Assembly (NCBI GenBank): GCA_964016885.1
Contig: OZ024745.1
Coordinates: 16,802,001-16,866,000, forward strand
Reading direction: 5' to 3'
Length of the DNA stretch: 64,000 bases
DNA from: Eledone cirrhosa
Lineage: Eukaryota
Shown here: positions 59,314-64,000 of the stretch, piece after piece
How the letters are laid out: each line of letters begins with the position of its first letter
Position numbering within the stretch: the stretch's first letter is position 1
Notes under the pieces: generated by a model
The model's input: the letters and a program-made list of their open reading frames with translations, nothing else
Told to the model about the DNA's origin: nothing
Database searches by the model: none
Made by a program: the position numbers and the translations under genes

Positions 59314-59598
59314 ATATATATATATATATATAGGACGTATCATACGTCTACTTATCATAAGACAATATGTGTATTATTAGAACTATTGTTCTATACAATA
59401 TATAAAAATAATACACATTTAAGTATTAAATATCAAATACCATATAATGTTTAGTGTTAGATATAAATATATTTTCAAAGGAAATCCTTTAAAAACATCG
59501 ATGAAGTATGTAGTCCTCATCGTATAAATGCGCTAGAAACTGTAGTCTTAAAGTATTTGCTATCGACAGCTTAAAATACGAATATGTATACACACGCA

Positions 59599-59709
<111 letters not shown>

Positions 59710-59761
59710 GTATGTATATATATATATATGTATGTAGATATATATATATATATATACAAAC

Positions 59762-59793
<32 letters not shown>

Positions 59794-59809
59794 ATATATA
59801 TATACATAC

Positions 59810-59841
<32 letters not shown>

Positions 59842-59851
59842 ATATATATAT

Positions 59852-59925
<74 letters not shown>

Positions 59926-60550
59926 TTATAAGGATATGCATAAGCAGCAAATCGAATTGCTCATGTAACATTTTGAGACAGTAACGACAGATAATTGAGG
60001 AACTAGCAAAAAATCGGAGAAATGACAATGTAACATCTAAAACTTCGATATGAAATATTGGAATAGACTCAACGAAGGCATAAAATACCAAATAAAAATA
60101 CAACAAAGAAAATATTGAACAGTTAAGAACAACTTTTTCGAAGAATCGTTATCTGCAGAAAAAAAAACGGCTGACCTAATACAATAGGACTATTAAAAAA
60201 AAACAAAGCTGGAATCTAAGAGACAGAGTAAAAAAGAAGCACATAGAAGGCGAGGTGGGGTCGTGTAGAGTAGGAGAAGGTTTTTTAGAAACTTTTGGAA
60301 ACCATTAGAAATCTATATTGTGATCAGTGAACTCCGAAAGAAATAAAGATATGGCAGATAAAAAGAGAAACGCTGCTAATGTATAAGCCATTATAAAAAG
60401 AAGAAAATATGGCGCGTGATAACAAGAGGAGGAGTGGTTGTAACATATTTTGTAATCGGGTTTCGTTCAGGGATGAAGGTTTGTACAAATGTATTAGGTA
60501 AATATATACTGCTTAATGAAATATGCACCATATATCACACATATACAGAC

Positions 60551-60733
<183 letters not shown>

Positions 60734-60973
60734 TATAGATAACAGATTAAAGTTTAAGCAAAGAATCGCTGCTTATATATATATATATCATTTCTGAAGA
60801 CAGCACATATATATGTGAAGGTATGTATATTTCCTCTGATAGTTTGTAATATTCTTTAATAGATCTATGAGATATACATACCAACACACATATATATCCT
60901 AGAAACGATCGTAAAATAATGAATTTTTTTATATAAGGAACTTGTTCTTTGTTTTTATTCATTGTTTTTATTA

Positions 60974-61028
<55 letters not shown>

Positions 61029-61251
61029 GCTACTCTTGTATTGAAATGTGTTTCTCCTCTTTGTGCAGCCAACCCTATACGACTTACCGTAAAACGAAAA
61101 CGGTCTCTCAAATTATTCTAACTCTTCTAAGAATTCATAATTACACTAGAATATCTGCTGCCTGTGACTTTGAAATGGCCCATAGGCAACACTTTGAATA
61201 TATATGCCTGTATGTATACATATGTATATAGATTTTAGGTTACACACAAGG

Positions 61252-61312
<61 letters not shown>

Positions 61313-61322
61313 CACACATATG

Positions 61323-61359
<37 letters not shown>

Positions 61360-61532
61360 ATGTGTGTATGTGCTTGTGTGTGTGTGTGTTTGTGCGTATA
61401 TATATATATATATAATGCATATATATAGTGTATATTGGAACTGTACAAAAACGTATTGTTGAATTAAATCATTTATCTCTGACGCTTAAATTTATCTGAA
61501 CTGAAGAGATGGAGCCAACCAGTGAAAGAAGC

Positions 61533-61583
61533 ATTACTGATGAGAGATATCGATTCGCTTTCAATAGCTCGAAAGAATATAGT
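61533..61583 (+). ncRNA. isolated degenerate hammerhead
   Basis: atta CTGATGA gagatat..atagctc GAAA gaa TA tagt. Confidence 0.45.
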
Positions 61584-62007
61584 ATATCCAGATCTATAAT
61601 CGTGGGATGATGCCATTACATGCGCAGCAATGACGGCAAATGGGTAAAAATATGTAGATAAGGCACAGACATGGCGGAAATGAATTGGCTGTTAGATATA
61701 TACATTTTGTCTCTCTGGTGAATTAAATCTTAGAATAAAAGAAACTTCTATATCTGCTTAATCGTATCTCTTTCTTACAGAACATTTCATGTAAGAAAGT
61801 CGTATTATAAATGTACAGGAATTATATGCATGCGTGTATGCCCGTACATTTCCATGGACATGCGTGTATATGTATGTTTGCAAGTACGTATGTATGTAGA
61901 CATACATATTAATATGAACGTTTACATATAAGCATACACACACACACACACACACACATGCACACATACGCACACATATATGTATATATATTTTAACACA
62001 AACACAA

Positions 62008-62043
<36 letters not shown>

Positions 62044-62732
62044 ATGTGTGTGTAGATAGAGCTACGAACATTATATTATCGTTGTGTGTTGTAAAACTAA
62101 ATCAGTAACGAGGGTTAGACTATAAAACGCAAAACAACTATATGCAATTTAGATAGTCACTTAAAGAAAACGTTAAAGAACATGACAGTTTAAACTGATT
62201 CCAATGAATGCTTAATACGAGCTACTGGCCTCATTACTAATATATTCTATGTTACTGTTGAAGATAAAATAAAATTATACCATCAAAATATAAAGGTTAT
62301 CAAAAGAACTACAACAAATGGTATTTTAACAAATATGATTTCGGATGCATTTTAAAAGTGTTGCAGTGTTGCTTTGTAAGATCTATAGAAAATAATACGA
62401 AGTATTTTCATAGAAAATGAATCGTATCAGTATGCCTCTTGCTTTTGAAAGCTAAACATAGATTGCGAAATATATTGGTAGGTGAAGACCGGGGATCTGT
62501 GGATTACGGAATAAATAATAAATATACAATATATTATTATTGAAGAATACATCTTTGAAATATGGTTTATCTGCATTTACAACAAAAATACATAACAGGA
62601 ATGTGATATTGTTTCCAGACGTATTCTTTGTGGTGATGGAAAGACGTGTGCATGAAACTTTTAGTTTTATATTCTGAAAAGATTATAGATTTCTAAAGGA
62701 AACGTTTAACGTATATATTCCTGAATGACATC

Positions 62733-62791
<59 letters not shown>

Positions 62792-63642
62792 GTAGATTTC
62801 CAAGTTGATCGGGGAGGGATAATGGCAGTTAATTAAAAAAAAGGTGCGTACTGCATTAATAGAGTATAGGCGATGTTTTTATATTAAAAAATGACTTCTA
62901 CAAGAATAATGATTTCATAGGAATGATACAGTTAATGTCATATATGCATACATGTACAGATATCTACATATCAACGTATGTAAGAAAAAGGCAAAAAAAC
63001 GGAAGATGTCGTTTTACAAGTTAAAAGCCTGTGGTTGTCTTTCTAGCGGTGTCAGTTGTTTCGTAGTCAAGGAAAATGCATACAATATCATTCCATCGGA
63101 TTTGGCTTAGAAGGTTCAGCAAGATCCTCATATCGATGAGCATATTTCGTTTGCTTTCATGTCCCTGTAGCCTATAGGCATGTCCTACTATTAGGGCTCA
63201 GATAACTGGTGTTAAGCCGAAACCATTTAATGAGGTGAGGTCCTTTTCAAGGGTGCATACTGTAATCTCCTCTGTCGTAATCTTCATGAATAGTATTAGC
63301 TGGTGCGGCCAGGTTAGATGTAGTATCTTGACCCGTGGGCAAAGGGCTTGAATTTGCAGATGACAGGATACAACTTAACTATGCAGAAGGTGATCTATGG
63401 CATCTGCTGAATAAGTTTGCCACCGAGTGCCTCGGTGATTGCTAGAGGGCCTACTAGGTGCTTGTACCCTGTAAAAAAGATTCCCGTTTCTTTCTTGTCT
63501 TACGTTGATATGTAGATAGAAATTGTATGTTTATAATATTAATCATTTGGAAACATTTCACAGCCTTGCAGACTTATACTGTAAGACATTCAAGACTCAC
63601 AATTATACATATCTAAAATATTGATACACTCTTGTATTTAAG

Positions 63643-63677
<35 letters not shown>

Positions 63678-64000
63678 GTAGGTGTTGAAGTTACACACTG
63701 TAAAATCATAACAGTTTCATTCAATTAATATTGCTCTCATAAAATTGAGGATGAGTGTTAAATATGTTTCGTTTCATTAATTATGAACCATTATAACTTA
63801 GATTGTTAAGTACAATAAGTTCTTTAAGACTGAGAAATTATTAGTAAAATTATGACTCCTATCGATACACTTCCTCTTTCCTCGTTAAAAATAACATTTA
63901 TTATTGCGGCTGCATGGCAAAATAGGTTAAAGTTCATTAAGGCAAATAGAGACGGTTTCATAAAATTGTTCGTTTAAATAATCTAAATTCGGTTCTAAAT

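Noticed and set aside
60100-60480. Purine-rich stretch resembling decayed non-LTR retrotransposon coding sequence
   Set aside because: No diagnostic motif could be read.

Overview
AT-rich, microsatellite-dense eukaryotic DNA, most likely from a coleoid cephalopod (Octopus-like, judged from its SINE families). I could not identify a complete protein-coding gene. Almost all ORFs in the supplied track are translations of (TA)n, (CA)n, (GA)n or trinucleotide repeats. The window contains: (1) many copies of a tRNA-derived MetaSINE-like family and one CORE-like SINE; (2) decayed RTE and Tx1/L1 LINE fragments; (3) four GIY-YIG endonuclease remnants of Penelope-like elements (PLEs); (4) a 7.3 kb triplet-structured minisatellite that reads as Thr/Ser repeats; (5) a 200-N gap; (6) a possible terminal coding exon at 14790-14982. 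The most striking signal is about 15 fold-back (inverted-repeat) elements from several unrelated families, each sitting between (TA)n tracts. Most carry a recognisable type I hammerhead ribozyme (stem I-CUGANGA-stem II-GAAA-short stem III-UH-stem I). Where readable, the ribozyme is on the minus strand in the left arm and the plus strand in the right arm. Two of them enclose PLE GIY-YIG ORF remnants, which ties them to PLE pseudo-LTR inversions. Several show non-canonical cores (U3-A8, A4, expanded stem II). All calls were made by eye, so coordinates are approximate to a few bases.
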